Below, one piece after another: positions 1 through 9,835 of a stretch of DNA of 64,000 bases. A program made the translations under genes and the position numbers. Below the pieces are notes generated by a model. The model was not told the origin of the DNA and did no database searches. It saw nothing but the letters and a program-made list of their open reading frames with translations. Location of the stretch: the NCBI GenBank assembly GCA_036557705.1, contig DATBHB010000016.1, forward strand, positions 13,325-77,324. The letters are read 5' to 3'. How positions within the stretch are numbered: position 1 is the first letter of the stretch; each line of letters starts with the position of its first letter. Source of the DNA: Xanthobacteraceae bacterium. Lineage in GTDB: Bacteria; Pseudomonadota; Alphaproteobacteria; Rhizobiales; Xanthobacteraceae.

Positions 1-843
1 GCCGGCAAGGTCACCGCAAAGATCGTCAGCTGCACGCTCGATCACAACCTGCACACCGGCGCCAACATGGAATATCAGGCGCTGCCCACGGTGGACGTGT
101 TGATGGCAGCCCCCGGCGACGTGGTTGTGGCCGAGCTCAATGCGGCGCTCGGAAACAGCCGCAAGGACCCATGGAAGGCGAAAGTACCGCCCAAGACGAA
201 GCAGACGAACGGCGGCGCGCTCACCATGGAACATATTGCGCGGACGCTGCGCGATCAGTTCAACGATCCCGAAAACGTCACCTTCTGCACGCTGGGCCGC
301 GGCTGGCCCTTCGACGTATGGCCGCTCCAGAACGGCATGGCGTATCTGGGAAAGGATGGCGGCGGCGGATTGGGTTCCGGGCCCGGCATTTCGGTCGGCT
401 CGGCGCTGGCGCTCCATCATCATTATCCCGACCGTTACGCCATTTCGATGCTGGGTGACGGCGACTTCTGCATGGGCGCAACCGGAATCTGGAGCGCGGC
501 GCGGCATCGAATCCCGCTCCTCGTGCTGATCAACAACAACCGTTCCTATTTCAACGACGAACTGCATCAGGAGAATGTCGCGCGCACCCGGGGGCGCGAG
601 GTCAGGAATCGCTGGATCGGGCTGCGCATGGAAGACCCGGTGCCTAATATTGCCAAGCTGGCCGAGGCGCAGGGCGCCGTCGGCATCGGTCCGGTAACCA
701 GCGCGGCGGAAGCAGGGCAGGCGATCGCGAAAGGCGTTGATGTGCTCAAGAAGGGCGGCGTCTGCGTGATCGATTTTCATGTCGATCCGCCCGCGGAGCG
801 CCAAGCCAGCCATTCTCTCGGCCATCGCGCGACCGGAGCTTAA
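1..843 (+). CDS. Thiamine-diphosphate-dependent enzyme (acetolactate-synthase-like), C-terminal part; 5' end outside window
   Basis: Frame 1 is open from base 1 to TAA 841-843. ThDP/Mg motif LGDGDFCMG...LINNNRSYFND is present. Confidence 0.8.
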   Translation, partial: AGKVTAKIVSCTLDHNLHTGANMEYQALPTVDVLMAAPGDVVVAELNAALGNSRKDPWKAKVPPKTKQTNGGALTMEHIARTLRDQFNDPENVTFCTLGRGWPFDVWPLQNGMAYLGKDGGGGLGSGPGISVGSALALHHHYPDRYAISMLGDGDFCMGATGIWSAARHRIPLLVLINNNRSYFNDELHQENVARTRGREVRNRWIGLRMEDPVPNIAKLAEAQGAVGIGPVTSAAEAGQAIAKGVDVLKKGGVCVIDFHVDPPAERQASHSLGHRATGA

Positions 844-1208
844 TGAGCGACGCTGCCGGAAAACCGTGGCCGACGGAACTGCGTCTGCACAAGGACCGCA
901 AGACGCTCACCATCACGTTTGATGATGGCACAAGCTTCGAACTTCCTGCCGAATACTTGCGCGTGCGAAGCCCCAGCGCCGAGGTGCAAGGCCATTCGCC
1001 CGGCGAGCGCAAGACTGTGGCCGAGAAGAAGAAAGTCGTAATTCTGGAAGTGAATCCCGTTGGTAATTACGCGGTTCGTCTCGTCTTCGACGATCTGCAC
1101 TCGACCGGCATCTACAGCTGGGATTACCTGTTCGAGCTTGGCCGTAACCACGACGTCTATTGGCAAGAATATCTCGACGCGCTCGCCGAGAAGGGGCTTA
1201 GTCGGTAA
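843..1208 (+). CDS. DUF971 family protein (gamma-butyrobetaine hydroxylase N-terminal-like)
   Basis: 121-aa ORF. ATG 843 overlaps the upstream stop (TAATG). WPTELRLHKDRKTLTITFDDG...PAEYLRVRSPSAEV resembles DUF971 proteins as I recall them. Confidence 0.7.
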   Translation: MSDAAGKPWPTELRLHKDRKTLTITFDDGTSFELPAEYLRVRSPSAEVQGHSPGERKTVAEKKKVVILEVNPVGNYAVRLVFDDLHSTGIYSWDYLFELGRNHDVYWQEYLDALAEKGLSR

Positions 1209-1210
1209 CG

Positions 1211-1372
1211 GTAGCCCGGATTGAGCGGCGCTTTGTTCCGCTCTCGCCACATGCGAGCAACCTTGGGCGCCGCGAAATCCGGGGAGGCGCGCGCAACTCC
1301 CGGATTGCACGGTCGCGCGGCGAAGTTGGCTTAAGGCAGCGGCCTCGGACGCGACCGTGCAATCCGGGCTAC
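1211..1372. repeat. REP/REPIN-like unit: GTAGCCCGGATTG ... nested palindromes ... CAATCCGGGCTAC
   Basis: Terminal inverted repeats GTAGCCCGGAT / ATCCGGGCTAC. Internal hairpin CCCGGATTGCACGGTCGCG...CGCGACCGTGCAATCCGGG. Fills the convergent gap; the final CTAC supplies the TAG stop of the minus-strand gene. Confidence 0.85.
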
Positions 1373-2511
1373 ACCAGAACATGCGGCCCGATTTCCTCGA
1401 TGCGGTTGACCCCGCACAGCGCCATGCTCACATCGAGTTCGCTGCGGATCAGCTCGATGGCTTTCGCCACCCCGGCCTCCCCGCCCGCGCCCAGACCGTA
1501 GAGGTAGGCGCGGCCGATAAGGCAGGAGCGGGCGCCGAGCGCCAGCGCGCGCAACACGTCCTGACCGCTCCGGATCCCGCCGTCGAACATCAGCTCGATC
1601 TCCGCGCCGACCGCATCGGCGACTTTCGGCAAGGCCGAGATCGAGGACGGAGCGCCGTCGAGCTGGCGGCCGCCATGGTTGGAGATCACAAGCGCACTGG
1701 CCCCGGTTCTGGCCGCAACCTTGGCATCCTCGACATCGAGGACACCCTTGATGATGAGTTTGCCGGGCCATAATCCCCTGATCCAATCGAGGTCCTTCCA
1801 GGTGAGCGAGGGATCGAACTGGCCCGAAATCCACTTCGCCAGTGAGTTGACGTTTTCCATTCCCCGCACGTGACCGGCGAGGTTGCCGAAGGTCTTGCGC
1901 TTTCCGGCAAGCACGCTCAGCGCCCATGCGGGTCGGACAGCAATGTCGATGATGTTGGCGAGGCGCCATTCCGGCGGGACCGTCATGCCGTTGCGCACGT
2001 CGCGATACCGCTGCCCGAGCACCTGGAGATCGATGGTGAGCACGAGCGCGCTGCACTTGGCTGCAACCGCACGCTCGATGAGGGATCGCGAGAAGCCGCG
2101 GTCCTTCATGACGTAGAGCTGGAACCAGAACGGCCTTTCGACGGCGGCGGCGACATCTTCGATCGCGCAGATCGACATGGTGGAAAGGCAGAAGGGAATT
2201 CCTGCCGCCTGCGCGGCGCGGCAGGCCAGAATCTCGCCGTCGCCCCATTGCATGCCGCACAGGCCGACGGGGGCGAGCGCGAGGGGAAGTGCAGCCTTTT
2301 CGCCCACGATTGTCGCGCCAAGCTCGCGGCGCGAAACATCGACCAGCACGCGCTGGCGCAGCTTGATGCGGTCGAGGTCCGCGCGGTTTGCCTGGAGCGT
2401 CGCCTCCGAATACGATCCACCTTCCGCATAATCGAAGAACATTCGGGGGACCCGGCGGCGGGCGCGGTGCCGCAGGTCCTCGACGCACGTCATGGGACGG
2501 CTGATCGTCAT
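1369..2511 (-). CDS. FMN-dependent alpha-hydroxy-acid dehydrogenase (L-lactate dehydrogenase / glycolate oxidase family)
   Basis: Family hallmarks SNHGGRQLD, FDGGIRSG and PFWFQLY. The ORF track starts at TTG 2520; ATG 2511 or ATG 2493 are more likely, so the start is uncertain. Confidence 0.88.
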   Translation of the reverse strand: MTISRPMTCVEDLRHRARRRVPRMFFDYAEGGSYSEATLQANRADLDRIKLRQRVLVDVSRRELGATIVGEKAALPLALAPVGLCGMQWGDGEILACRAAQAAGIPFCLSTMSICAIEDVAAAVERPFWFQLYVMKDRGFSRSLIERAVAAKCSALVLTIDLQVLGQRYRDVRNGMTVPPEWRLANIIDIAVRPAWALSVLAGKRKTFGNLAGHVRGMENVNSLAKWISGQFDPSLTWKDLDWIRGLWPGKLIIKGVLDVEDAKVAARTGASALVISNHGGRQLDGAPSSISALPKVADAVGAEIELMFDGGIRSGQDVLRALALGARSCLIGRAYLYGLGAGGEAGVAKAIELIRSELDVSMALCGVNRIEEIGPHVLV

Positions 2512-2535
2512 AGGGTCCAAGCTAGCACGCAGCGC

Positions 2536-2561
2536 GGAACGTTGGGGGGCGCGCCCGCGTT
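2536..2561 (+). promoter_or_regulatory. EcfG (general stress sigma) type promoter GGAAC-N17-CGTT
   Basis: GGAAC 2536-2540 and CGTT 2558-2561. Lies in the divergent intergenic gap, 40-60 nt upstream of the small ORF. Confidence 0.55.
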
Positions 2562-2600
2562 AACCTCCTTTGCGACCTCGCGGGACGGAGCACGCAGCAA

Positions 2601-2789
2601 GTGGAAAACAGGCACACCAGCATGAGCGACGATGAGCCTGAGAAAGCGCACGACGAGGACGTACAGGAGCGCCTCGAACGATCGCTGGAGGAAGCATTGG
2701 AGGATACGTTCCCTGCTTCCGATCCGATCAGCGTGGTCCAGCCGCCCCCCAAATCGACCGATAAGCCGCACAGCCGCCGCCGCAAATAG
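2601..2789 (+). CDS. Small acidic hypothetical protein (55-62 aa), candidate GSR regulon member
   Basis: ORF from GTG 2601 (or ATG 2622) to TAG 2789. MSDDEPEKAHDEDVQERLERSLEEALEDTF... with a basic C-terminal tail; sits behind the EcfG-type promoter. Confidence 0.55.
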   Translation: MENRHTSMSDDEPEKAHDEDVQERLERSLEEALEDTFPASDPISVVQPPPKSTDKPHSRRRK

Positions 2790-2990
2790 CCGCGAAAGGG
2801 GGGCCATTGCGCCTCCGCCAACGCCATATGGGGTCGGTGGGTGGAGAGCGTTGGTTTTCACCATATGGCTACGTGACCCCTCCTATTTCCGCAGGAAATC
2901 TGGCATGAAAAATGCCGTATTCGCGGCATCCAAAACGAGGGTGGGCGTGTATCGGGTGCCGCGGAGAGTTCCCCGGCGGGGAGGGCTTTA

Positions 2991-4334
2991 ATGGCTCGTC
3001 GCTATTTCGGGACTGACGGTATTCGCGGCCGCGCCAACGGCGTTATCACGCCTGAACTGGCGCTTCGGGTCGGGCAGGCCGCCGGTCTTGTGTTTAAGAA
3101 CGGCGAGCACCGGCACCGTGTACTCATCGGGAAGGATACCAGGCTATCGGGTTACATGATCGAGACCGCATTGGTCGCAGGCTTCACCTCGGTCGGCATG
3201 GACGTTTTGCTTACCGGCCCCATTCCGACCCCCGCGGTAGCGATGCTCACGCGATCCATGCGCGCCGATCTCGGTGTGATGATTTCGGCATCGCATAACC
3301 CGTTCGACGACAATGGGATCAAGCTGTTCGGCCCGGACGGCTACAAGCTCTCGGACACCATCGAGGCGGAGATCGAAAATCTCATCGACTCCGATCTTAC
3401 AAAGAAGCTCGCGAAAAGCACTGACCTTGGCCGTGCTCGCCGCATCGACGGCGTCCACGATCGTTATATCGAATTCGCCAAACGCACTCTGCCGCGAGCC
3501 ATGAGCCTCGATGGACTGCGGATCGTGGTCGATTGCGCCCATGGCGCTGCCTATCGGGTTGTGCCGGAGGCGCTGTGGGAATTGGGCGCCGAGGTTATTT
3601 CAGTGGGCGTCGATCCCGACGGCTTCAATATTAATCGCGACTGTGGCTCGACAGCACCCGCCGAACTCTGCCGAAAGGTCCGGGAAATGCGCGCCGATAT
3701 CGGCATCGCGCTTGATGGAGATGCCGACCGCGTGCTCATCGCCGACGAGCGCGGGCGGATTATCGACGGGGACCAGCTGCTCGCCGTCATCGCCCAGAGC
3801 TTTCAGGAAGCTGGACGGCTGGCGAAGCCCGGAATCGTTGCGACTGTCATGTCGAATCTCGGGCTGGAGCGCCATCTTGGCGGATTGGGCCTGTCGCTTT
3901 CGCGCACCCCGGTCGGCGATCGTTATGTCCTCGAATATATGCGTGAGAACGGGTACAACGTCGGCGGCGAGCAGTCAGGGCACATCATCCTGTCGGACCA
4001 CACGACGACCGGCGACGGCTTCCTCGCCGCCTTGCAGGTCCTTGCGGTTGTCAAGCGGGAGGATCAGCCGGTCTCGAAGGTTTGCCACCGGTTCGATCCG
4101 CTTCCACAGGTGCTCAAGAACGTCCGCTACAAGAGCGGCAAGCCGCTCGATAACACGAATGTCCGTTCTGTCATTGCCCAAGCCGAACAGCGGCTTAACG
4201 GCAATGGCCGGCTGCTGGTGCGCCCCTCCGGCACCGAACCTGTCATTCGGGTGATGGGGGAGGGGGAGGATAAACTGTTGGTCGAGGAGATCGTCGACGG
4301 CATCGTCGACGCATTAACCGAGGCTGCAGCTTAG
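2991..4334 (+). CDS. glmM: Phosphoglucosamine mutase
   Basis: 447 aa. N-terminus [13 protein letters not shown], phosphoserine loop [13 protein letters not shown], Mg site DGDADR, and GEQSGH. Confidence 0.95.
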   Translation: MARRYFGTDGIRGRANGVITPELALRVGQAAGLVFKNGEHRHRVLIGKDTRLSGYMIETALVAGFTSVGMDVLLTGPIPTPAVAMLTRSMRADLGVMISASHNPFDDNGIKLFGPDGYKLSDTIEAEIENLIDSDLTKKLAKSTDLGRARRIDGVHDRYIEFAKRTLPRAMSLDGLRIVVDCAHGAAYRVVPEALWELGAEVISVGVDPDGFNINRDCGSTAPAELCRKVREMRADIGIALDGDADRVLIADERGRIIDGDQLLAVIAQSFQEAGRLAKPGIVATVMSNLGLERHLGGLGLSLSRTPVGDRYVLEYMRENGYNVGGEQSGHIILSDHTTTGDGFLAALQVLAVVKREDQPVSKVCHRFDPLPQVLKNVRYKSGKPLDNTNVRSVIAQAEQRLNGNGRLLVRPSGTEPVIRVMGEGEDKLLVEEIVDGIVDALTEAAA

Positions 4335-4478
4335 AGCAGATCCCCATCAGATTGACCGCTGGTCGGTCCTTCGCGGATCGGAGATTGGAATTCGTACAAG
4401 GATTGGGGTTTATGCTTGCGCCATGCCGCCCGGCTGCGTATTGATGGTTGCAATTGGAACTAGTGCCCCCCTGGTCCC

Positions 4479-4697
4479 ATGATCGTCTGTTCCTGTAACG
4501 TGTTCTCGGACCACGATGTCCGCACGGCGTTGACCGATCCCGACAGCGCCCCGCGCAGAACCGGGCAGGTCTACGAGTGCCTGGGCTGTAACCCCCATTG
4601 CGGTCGCTGCGCACGGACCATCAAACAGATTATGGAGCAGGCTTTGGCCAGCACCGCTCCCTGCGCGTGTTGTCCGGGCGGGCGGCATCGGGGTTGA
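4479..4697 (+). CDS. bfd: Bacterioferritin-associated ferredoxin (2Fe-2S)
   Basis: 72 aa. MIVCSCN...CLGCNPHCGRC supplies four Cys ligands; sits immediately upstream of bfr. Confidence 0.8.
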   Translation: MIVCSCNVFSDHDVRTALTDPDSAPRRTGQVYECLGCNPHCGRCARTIKQIMEQALASTAPCACCPGGRHRG

Positions 4698-4807
4698 CGT
4701 TGCGGCGGGGTTCACGCCTTGCGGCCTTCCATTAAGGCGGCCGGATTCGCTAAATTAATGTCAAACGGCGGTCGCGCTCGCTGCGGCGGCCATTGGGATG
4801 AACGACC

Positions 4808-5296
4808 ATGAAGGGCGACGCGAGAGTCATCGAATATCTCAATCGAGGGTTGCGGCACGAACTGACCGCCATCAACCAGTACTGGTTGCATTATCGTTTG
4901 CTCCACAACTGGGGCTACAAGGCCCTGGCCAAATATTGGCGCAAGGAATCGATCGAGGAAATGGAGCACGCGGATAAGCTCGTCGAGCGGATCATCTTCC
5001 TTGACGGCTTCCCCAATATGCAGGTGCTCGATCCGCTTCACATCGGCCAGACGGTCAAGGAAGTGCTGGACTGCGATCTGGCGCTCGAAAATGCTGCGCG
5101 CAACCTCTACCAGGAAGCGGCAACCCATTGCCATGCGGTCAAGGACTACGTGAGCCGCGACCTTTTCGAGAAGCTGATGCACGACGAGGAGGAGCATATC
5201 GACATCCTCGAGACGCAGCTCGATCTGGTGAGCAAGCTCGGTCTCGAGCTTTACGCCCAGCATCACATCGGCAAGCTCGACGACGATGATAATTGA
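4808..5296 (+). CDS. bfr: Bacterioferritin
   Basis: 162 aa. MKGDARVIEYLNRGLRHELTAINQYWLHYRL... and EEMEHADKL ferroxidase residues. Confidence 0.95.
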   Translation: MKGDARVIEYLNRGLRHELTAINQYWLHYRLLHNWGYKALAKYWRKESIEEMEHADKLVERIIFLDGFPNMQVLDPLHIGQTVKEVLDCDLALENAARNLYQEAATHCHAVKDYVSRDLFEKLMHDEEEHIDILETQLDLVSKLGLELYAQHHIGKLDDDDN

Positions 5297-5595
5297 GGTT
5301 TAATGGTTGAAGTTTCAGGACTAACGTTAAACTTCGCTTAGGACTTTTCTTTGACTGTTGACGCCGGCTGATCGGCCGCTCAGCGCGTTGCCTTCCACGC
5401 GCCGTTGGCGTCAGCGCCCCCCCCGGGTCGAGGCGCATTTGCCGAGTTCGACCGGGCGCGCCCATCATGCGCCAGATGGCCGGGGCAGAACCGCAACGGC
5501 CTGGAGATGGGCGAGCGCACAGTGGGCGGATCGTTTTACCGCTCATTAAGGTTAATCAATCACTATCGATTCGAACCCGCGCAGCAGGGGGTGTC

Positions 5596-6462
5596 ATGCG
5601 CCGATTCATTTTGATTCTCGGTCTTGTTGCGATGGCCTGGCAGGCACAGGCGAGTGACTACGATATCCCGGTATTGCGCGGTTCCTCGCCGGACGTCCCG
5701 ACACCTTATGTTCCGGCTCCACCCGTCTATGTCGGGTGGGCCGGCTTCTATGCGGGCGTGCAGGCCGGATTTTCTCGGGCCGGCGTGGATTTCAAGAGCA
5801 GCCTCACGCCGCTGATTTCCGACATCCTGCGCGACACCACGATCGAGCCGGACGTTCTAGGGTTTCATGTGCTTGGGCTTACCGACGATACCGGCTCATA
5901 CAATGTCGGCGGGTTCGTCGGCTTCAATACGCAGTGGGACGATGTCGTCGTCGGATTCGAGTTGAATTACGGTCACACCAATCTGAACAAGGCGGCCTCC
6001 GATACCGAAAGCCGGAGCTTCATCAACAACGGCCAAGCTCCGCCCAACACTACCTATCAATACAACGTAAGCGTAACGGGTTCGACATCGGTGCAGATTA
6101 CAAACCTCTGGACTGGCCGCATCCGTGCCGGATGGGTCGTCGATGGGTTCATGCCATATGGCTTCGTGGGGGGAGCAATTGGGCTCGCTAATGTATTCAA
6201 TTCGGTCACAATCACCGGAACAAGAACTGACACCGTTTCCAATAATCCCCCGACCACAACTGTTCTCGACCTGCCCGGGACCGTTACCGCAGGCCAAGGA
6301 AATGCCCCCACCTACGGTTACACCGGGGGGCTCGGGGCCGACTACATGCTCACCCCGGCCATATTCGTGCGCGGTGAATGGGAATATATCGGATTTCGGG
6401 ACGTAAAGAGCGCCAAGGTCAACATCAACACCTTCCGCAGCGCGCTCGCCGTGCGATTCTGA
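5596..6462 (+). CDS. Outer-membrane beta-barrel protein (porin / Omp25-RopB-like)
   Basis: Refined ATG 5596 gives signal peptide MRRFILILGLVAMAWQAQA. Alternating beta-strand pattern, aromatic girdle, C-terminal ...ALAVRF. The ORF-track start 5467 is an upstream extension. Confidence 0.75.
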   Translation: MRRFILILGLVAMAWQAQASDYDIPVLRGSSPDVPTPYVPAPPVYVGWAGFYAGVQAGFSRAGVDFKSSLTPLISDILRDTTIEPDVLGFHVLGLTDDTGSYNVGGFVGFNTQWDDVVVGFELNYGHTNLNKAASDTESRSFINNGQAPPNTTYQYNVSVTGSTSVQITNLWTGRIRAGWVVDGFMPYGFVGGAIGLANVFNSVTITGTRTDTVSNNPPTTTVLDLPGTVTAGQGNAPTYGYTGGLGADYMLTPAIFVRGEWEYIGFRDVKSAKVNINTFRSALAVRF

Positions 6463-6546
6463 GGGGACGGGGGTGTCCCGGGTGCGGCGCAGCGCGGCCA
6501 TCGCTCGCGATTGATCACAAATCGTAGGCCGCGGTGCGCTGCAGAC

Positions 6547-6582
6547 CCGGGACCGCCACAAACTCGTTCTTGGCGGTCCCGG
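6547..6582 (+). terminator. 12-bp GC-rich hairpin downstream of the porin gene (possible terminator, no T-run)
   Basis: CCGGGACCGCCA (6547-6558) pairs with TGGCGGTCCCGG (6571-6582). Confidence 0.35.
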
Positions 6583-6694
6583 ATCAGAGGTGCACCACTC
6601 GCGCGCGCCAAGTTGATGACTTCCGTCGTCCGTCCGCTGTCGTCCGTCTCGCTTGACGGCGCGCGCGTCCTTCCTTATTTCCGGCCGCGGGACA

Positions 6695-6727
6695 CCCCTC
6701 CCCACCGAGGGGCGCCTATCTGGAAGG
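6695..6727 (+). promoter_or_regulatory. 5'-UTR hairpin next to the serC Shine-Dalgarno (possible serC leader)
   Basis: CCCCTC 6695-6700 pairs with GAGGGG 6707-6712. SD GGAAGG 6722-6727, ATG 6735. Confidence 0.25.
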
Positions 6728-6734
6728 GTAGACC

Positions 6735-7907
6735 ATGGCAGATGCGATGCCGGGCGTGCGGCCGGTCGTTCCGCACTTCTCATCCGGCCCTTGTGCGAAG
6801 CGCCCCGGCTGGAATCTCCAAGCCCTCACCGATGCCGCTCTCGGACGCTCGCACCGATCCAAAGTCGGAAAGGCGAAGCTCAAGCGCGCGATCGATCTCA
6901 CTCGCGAAATCCTCGAAGTGCCCGCCGATTATCGGATCGGCGTCGTACCGGCTTCCGACACGGGCGCGGTCGAGATTGCCCTATGGTCGGTTCTCGGCGC
7001 GCGGCCGGTCACCATGCTGACCTGGGAATCCTTCGGGGAAGGCTGGGTCACCGACGTGACCAAGCAGCTCAAGCTCAAAAACGTTACCGTCTTCAAGGCT
7101 CCTTACGGCGAATTGCCCGATCTATCGCAGGTCGACCCCGCGACCGATGTCGTGTTTACCTGGAACGGCACGACCTCGGGCGTGCGCGTTCCCAACGCCG
7201 ACTGGATCGCGGCTGATCGGCAGGGGCTCACGATCTGTGATGCGACTTCCGCCTGTTTTTCCCAGGCGCTCGATTTCGGCAAGCTCGATATCGTGACCTT
7301 CTCGTGGCAGAAGGCGCTCGGCGGCGAGGCGGCTCACGGCATGCTCATCCTGTCGCCGCGCGCGGCCGAGCGGCTCTCGACCTACACGCCGCCTTGGCCG
7401 CTCCCGAAAATTTTTCGGCTCACCAGCGGCGGCAAACTGATCGAGGGCATCTTTCAAGGCGAGACTATCAACACGCCGTCGATGCTGTGCGTCGAGGACT
7501 ATCTCGACACTCTCGAATGGGCAAAGTCGGTGGGAGGCATCAAGGCGCTCATCGCGCGCTCGGATGCCAATGCCGGTGCGATCGCGGAGTGGGTATCGCG
7601 CACGCCCTGGATCGATTTCCTCGCCCGCGATCCGGCGATCCGGTCGAACACGTCGGTCTGTCTCAAGGTCGTCGATCCGGTCATCGCCAAGCTTCCTCCC
7701 GATGCTCAAGCCGGCTTTGTGAAGAGCCTGGCGGCTTTGCTGGAGACGGAGAAGGTTGCCTACGACATCGATGCCTATCGCGATGCTCCGCCGGGCCTGC
7801 GGGTCTGGTGCGGAGCCACCGTAGAGGCGAGCGACGTGCAGGCGCTCACGCAATGGCTCGATTGGGCTTTCGCCAAGACCAAGACTGCATTGGCGAAGGC
7901 GGCGTGA
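6735..7907 (+). CDS. serC: Phosphoserine aminotransferase (long alphaproteobacterial type)
   Basis: 390 aa. PLP-lysine region [10 protein letters not shown]; directly followed by serA. Confidence 0.9.
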   Translation: MADAMPGVRPVVPHFSSGPCAKRPGWNLQALTDAALGRSHRSKVGKAKLKRAIDLTREILEVPADYRIGVVPASDTGAVEIALWSVLGARPVTMLTWESFGEGWVTDVTKQLKLKNVTVFKAPYGELPDLSQVDPATDVVFTWNGTTSGVRVPNADWIAADRQGLTICDATSACFSQALDFGKLDIVTFSWQKALGGEAAHGMLILSPRAAERLSTYTPPWPLPKIFRLTSGGKLIEGIFQGETINTPSMLCVEDYLDTLEWAKSVGGIKALIARSDANAGAIAEWVSRTPWIDFLARDPAIRSNTSVCLKVVDPVIAKLPPDAQAGFVKSLAALLETEKVAYDIDAYRDAPPGLRVWCGATVEASDVQALTQWLDWAFAKTKTALAKAA

Positions 7908-7908
7908 C

Positions 7909-9495
7909 ATGACTCCCCGTGTCCTCATTTCCGATGCGCTTTCCGATGCCGCCGTGCAGATTTTCAAGGACCGCGGCATAGACACTGTTTTCCAGCCGAA
8001 GCTCGGGGGCGACAAGGAAAAGCTCGCGGAGATCATCGGAGATTTCGACGGGCTTGCGATCCGCTCGGCCACCAAAGTCACCGCCAAGCTGCTCGAGCGA
8101 GCGAGCAAGCTGCGTGTCGTGGGCCGCGCCGGCATTGGCGTCGATAACGTCGACATCCCGGCCGCGACGGCGCGGGGCGTGATCGTGATGAATACGCCGT
8201 TCGGCAATTCCATCACCACAGCCGAGCATGCCGTCACGCTCATGCTCGCGCTCGCGCGGCAGATTCCGCAGGCCGATGCTTCGACCCAGGCCGGCAAATG
8301 GGAGAAGAACCGCTTCATGGGCGTCGAGATCACCGGCAAGACGCTCGGCATCATCGGCTGCGGCAATATCGGCTCGATCGTTGCCGACCGAGCCCACGGA
8401 TTGCGAATGAAGGTGATCGCCTATGATCCGTTCCTTTCGGCAGAGCGTGCGCGCGATCTCGGCGTCGAGAAAATAGAGCTCGCCGAGCTGTTCAAACGCT
8501 CCGATTTCGTCACCCTCCACACTCCGCTCACCGACAAAACCACGAACATCATCGACGCCAAGGCGCTTGCGAACATGAAAAAGGGCGTGCGCATCATCAA
8601 TTGCGCGCGCGGGGGCCTTGTGGATGAGATCGCCTTGCGGGAGGCGCTCGACTCCGGTCGCGTCGCGGGTGCTGCGTTCGACGTGTTCGTCGAAGAACCG
8701 GCGACGAAGAATCCGCTGTTCGGCCACCCCAATGTGGTTTGCACACCGCACCTTGGCGCTTCGACGACCGAAGCGCAGGAGAATGTGGCGCTCCAGGTTG
8801 CCGAGCAGATGTCCGATTATCTGCTCAGCGGCGCCATCGCCAACGCGGTGAACTTTCCCTCGATTACGGCCGAGGAGGCGCCGAGACTCAAGCCATACGT
8901 GGCGCTTGCCGAGAAACTCGGATCATTTGCCGGCCAGCTGACCGAGACCGGCATCAACAAGGTGCAACTTGCCTACGAGGGGCACGTTGCCGGAATGAAT
9001 ACCAAGGCGCTCACTTCGGCGGCGATTGCCGGGCTGCTGCGTCCGATGCTCCAAGACGTGAATGTGGTCTCGGCGCCTGTTCTGGCCAAGGAACGCGGCA
9101 TCGTGATTGAGGAGGTAACTCGCGAGGCTGCCGGCGACTACGAGAGCCTGATGACGCTGACCATCATCACTGAGCGCCAGTCGCGCCATGTCTCGGGGAC
9201 GGTCTTTGCCGACGGGCGCCCGCGCATTGTCAACATCAAGGGTATCGCGATGGATGCCGAATTCGGGTCCTCGATGATCTACATTACCAATCAGGATAAG
9301 CCGGGTTTCATTGGCAGGTTTTCGTCCACGCTGGGCGATGCCGGCATCAATATCGCCACCTTCCATCTCGGCCGCGATGCCCCCGGCGGCAACGCCGTCG
9401 CCTTGATCGAAATCGACGGCGAGTTGCCGCCCGATGTGCTCAACAAGGTGCGCGCCTTGCCTCACGTGCAGCAGGCAAAGCCGCTGAGATTCTGA
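7909..9495 (+). CDS. serA: D-3-phosphoglycerate dehydrogenase (long form with ACT domain)
   Basis: 528 aa. NAD fold GIIGCGNIGS, catalytic TPHLGAST, C-terminal ACT-like region. Confidence 0.95.
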   Translation: MTPRVLISDALSDAAVQIFKDRGIDTVFQPKLGGDKEKLAEIIGDFDGLAIRSATKVTAKLLERASKLRVVGRAGIGVDNVDIPAATARGVIVMNTPFGNSITTAEHAVTLMLALARQIPQADASTQAGKWEKNRFMGVEITGKTLGIIGCGNIGSIVADRAHGLRMKVIAYDPFLSAERARDLGVEKIELAELFKRSDFVTLHTPLTDKTTNIIDAKALANMKKGVRIINCARGGLVDEIALREALDSGRVAGAAFDVFVEEPATKNPLFGHPNVVCTPHLGASTTEAQENVALQVAEQMSDYLLSGAIANAVNFPSITAEEAPRLKPYVALAEKLGSFAGQLTETGINKVQLAYEGHVAGMNTKALTSAAIAGLLRPMLQDVNVVSAPVLAKERGIVIEEVTREAAGDYESLMTLTIITERQSRHVSGTVFADGRPRIVNIKGIAMDAEFGSSMIYITNQDKPGFIGRFSSTLGDAGINIATFHLGRDAPGGNAVALIEIDGELPPDVLNKVRALPHVQQAKPLRF

Positions 9496-9508
9496 CGCCG
9501 AGCGCCGG

Positions 9509-9811
9509 ATGGCCGTCTATGTCGATGCCGCGATCTGGGCTTGGTCGGGTCTCAAATGGTGTCATCTCCTGGCCGACGATCTCGATGAGTTGCACCGTTT
9601 TGCGGCCCGGCTTGGGATCAAACGCAGCTCGTTCCAATGTCCGCCCAAGGCCGCCACGCCGCATTACGATCTTACCGGCTACGAGCGCGCGCGAGCTATC
9701 GGGCTCGGCGCGATTGTCTGCAACCGCGAACAGATCATTGCGGTGCGCCGGCGGATAACCGTGACACCGAGCCGTGTCGCTGAAACGGAGCGTCCGCGAC
9801 CAGCTTTGTGA
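9509..9811 (+). CDS. DUF4031 domain protein
   Basis: 100 aa. MAVYVDAAIWAWSGLKWCHLLADDLDELHRFAARLGI... is typical of DUF4031 as I recall it. Confidence 0.7.
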   Translation: MAVYVDAAIWAWSGLKWCHLLADDLDELHRFAARLGIKRSSFQCPPKAATPHYDLTGYERARAIGLGAIVCNREQIIAVRRRITVTPSRVAETERPRPAL

Positions 9812-9835
9812 CAGTTCTTAAGGGGTGACAGACGC

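Noticed and set aside
2911-2935. Short hairpin ATGCCG-nnnnnn-CGGCAT with a T-run on the minus strand, upstream of glmM.
   Set aside because: The stem is only 6 bp and there is no minus-strand gene to terminate. Too weak to call.
4335-4807. Expected iron-responsive operator (Irr ICE box TTTAGAA-N3-TTCTAAA, or a Fur/RirA box) upstream of bfd or bfr.
   Set aside because: No convincing match. Only loosely AT-rich segments are present (TTGCAATTGGAAC at about 4449, GCTAAATTAATGTCAAAC at about 4750). Not reported as a feature.
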